Notes under the pieces: generated by a model
The model's input: only the letters and a program-made list of their open reading frames with translations
What the model was told of the DNA's origin: nothing
Database searches by the model: none
Shown: positions 63,337 through 64,000 of the stretch, piece after piece
Position numbering within the stretch: position 1 is the stretch's first letter
Layout: each line of letters starts with the position of its first letter
DNA from: Eutreptiella sp. 'Long Island Sound 2002'
Taxonomy: Eukaryota > Protista > Euglenida
Assembly: GCA_964036045.1 (NCBI GenBank)
Contig: OZ038379.1
Coordinates: forward strand, 43,276,001 to 43,340,000
Direction of reading: 5' to 3'
Length of the DNA: 64,000 nucleotides
Program-made: the position numbers and the translations under genes

Positions 63337-64000
63337 CCCTAGCCCTAACCCTAATCAAGACTGAATATTGGGACCGAGCTAGTGGGTGAGGGAACATCAG
63401 CTATGACTGGTGAGGGACATCAAGAATGATTCACACATTGATGGCTCTTGACAAAGTGGAATCAGCTTGCAAGTGAACCCCATCACCACAAGGCCACTTT
63501 CAAGGCTTTTTGGACTTCTGAGGGGCCAAAATGCCCCAAAATGGGCTCAAAATGGGCCCATTTCACCCGTTTGTGCACCCTAAATGGTCTAGGATGACGT
63601 TTGGAAAAATGCGTTTTTGACCCATTTTGAACCCATTTTTGGTCCCAAAACAGCCCATTTTCAAGGCATTTTGGGGTGTTTGGAGGACCAAAATGGGCCA
63701 CCACAAGCTCAAAACGGTCCAAAAACACTTGTTTTAGCGTCGCACATGGTCTAGGATCATTTTTGAGAAAAGTCATCTTTTTGCCCCAACTGGACCCTAT
63801 TGACCCATTTGGGCACCCACCTGTTTGGGCTTGAGCTTGCAGCTTGCGGCCGCCTAGTGGGCCTAGGTATTGGGGTCTAGGCGTCCGTTTGGGCAATTGT
63901 GAGGGATGGAAACCACAAAAAGTGGGGGGTTGCGGGTGGAGTAGGTGCCCTCGGAATCGCATTTTGAGCCATGTAGCCAAAGATATGGCCTATTCTTGGT
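63337..64000 (+). mobile_element. Telomere-repeat-flanked element, diverged copy 4 (5' part, window-truncated)
   Basis: Begins CCCTAGCCCTAACCCTAA-TCAAGACTGAATATTGGGACCGAGC and is then collinear with 2614-3250, with scattered substitutions and a small indel. The flank is non-satellite, (CAA)n. Confidence 0.8.

Overview
This is eukaryotic, repeat-dense, heterochromatin-like DNA: it has TTAGGG-type telomeric motifs, a GT-AG intron context, no prokaryotic gene organisation, no CRISPR array and no rRNA. The organism cannot be named from the sequence. (1) Positions 1-18.1 kb are a 26-bp satellite (consensus TTTGGATCTCCATTGTGTGAACCGGC) with nested higher-order repeats of ~1.16 kb and 3,587 bp that give way to a divergent monomeric edge. 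A 1.18-kb element bounded by short (CCCTAA)n runs interrupts it three times, and a fourth, diverged copy lies at 63.3 kb. (2) The only clear host coding sequence is one exon of a DDX41/Abstrakt-type DEAD-box helicase (20,444-20,619). (3) The remainder is a mobile-element graveyard: an 85-bp minisatellite; a 3.6-kb inverted-repeat-bounded unit carrying about 11 copies of a 22-bp palindrome; two ~6.5-kb copies of an unidentified decayed multi-ORF repeat that differ by two adjacent inversions; a TTAGG-ended TIR element with a 7-bp target duplication; a frameshifted hAT transposase; a 1.36-kb MITE with a visible empty site; and 52- and 78-bp VNTRs. Almost all ORFs in the supplied track are artefacts of repeats or decayed elements. 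All alignments and identities were judged by eye, so boundaries of diverged repeats are approximate.
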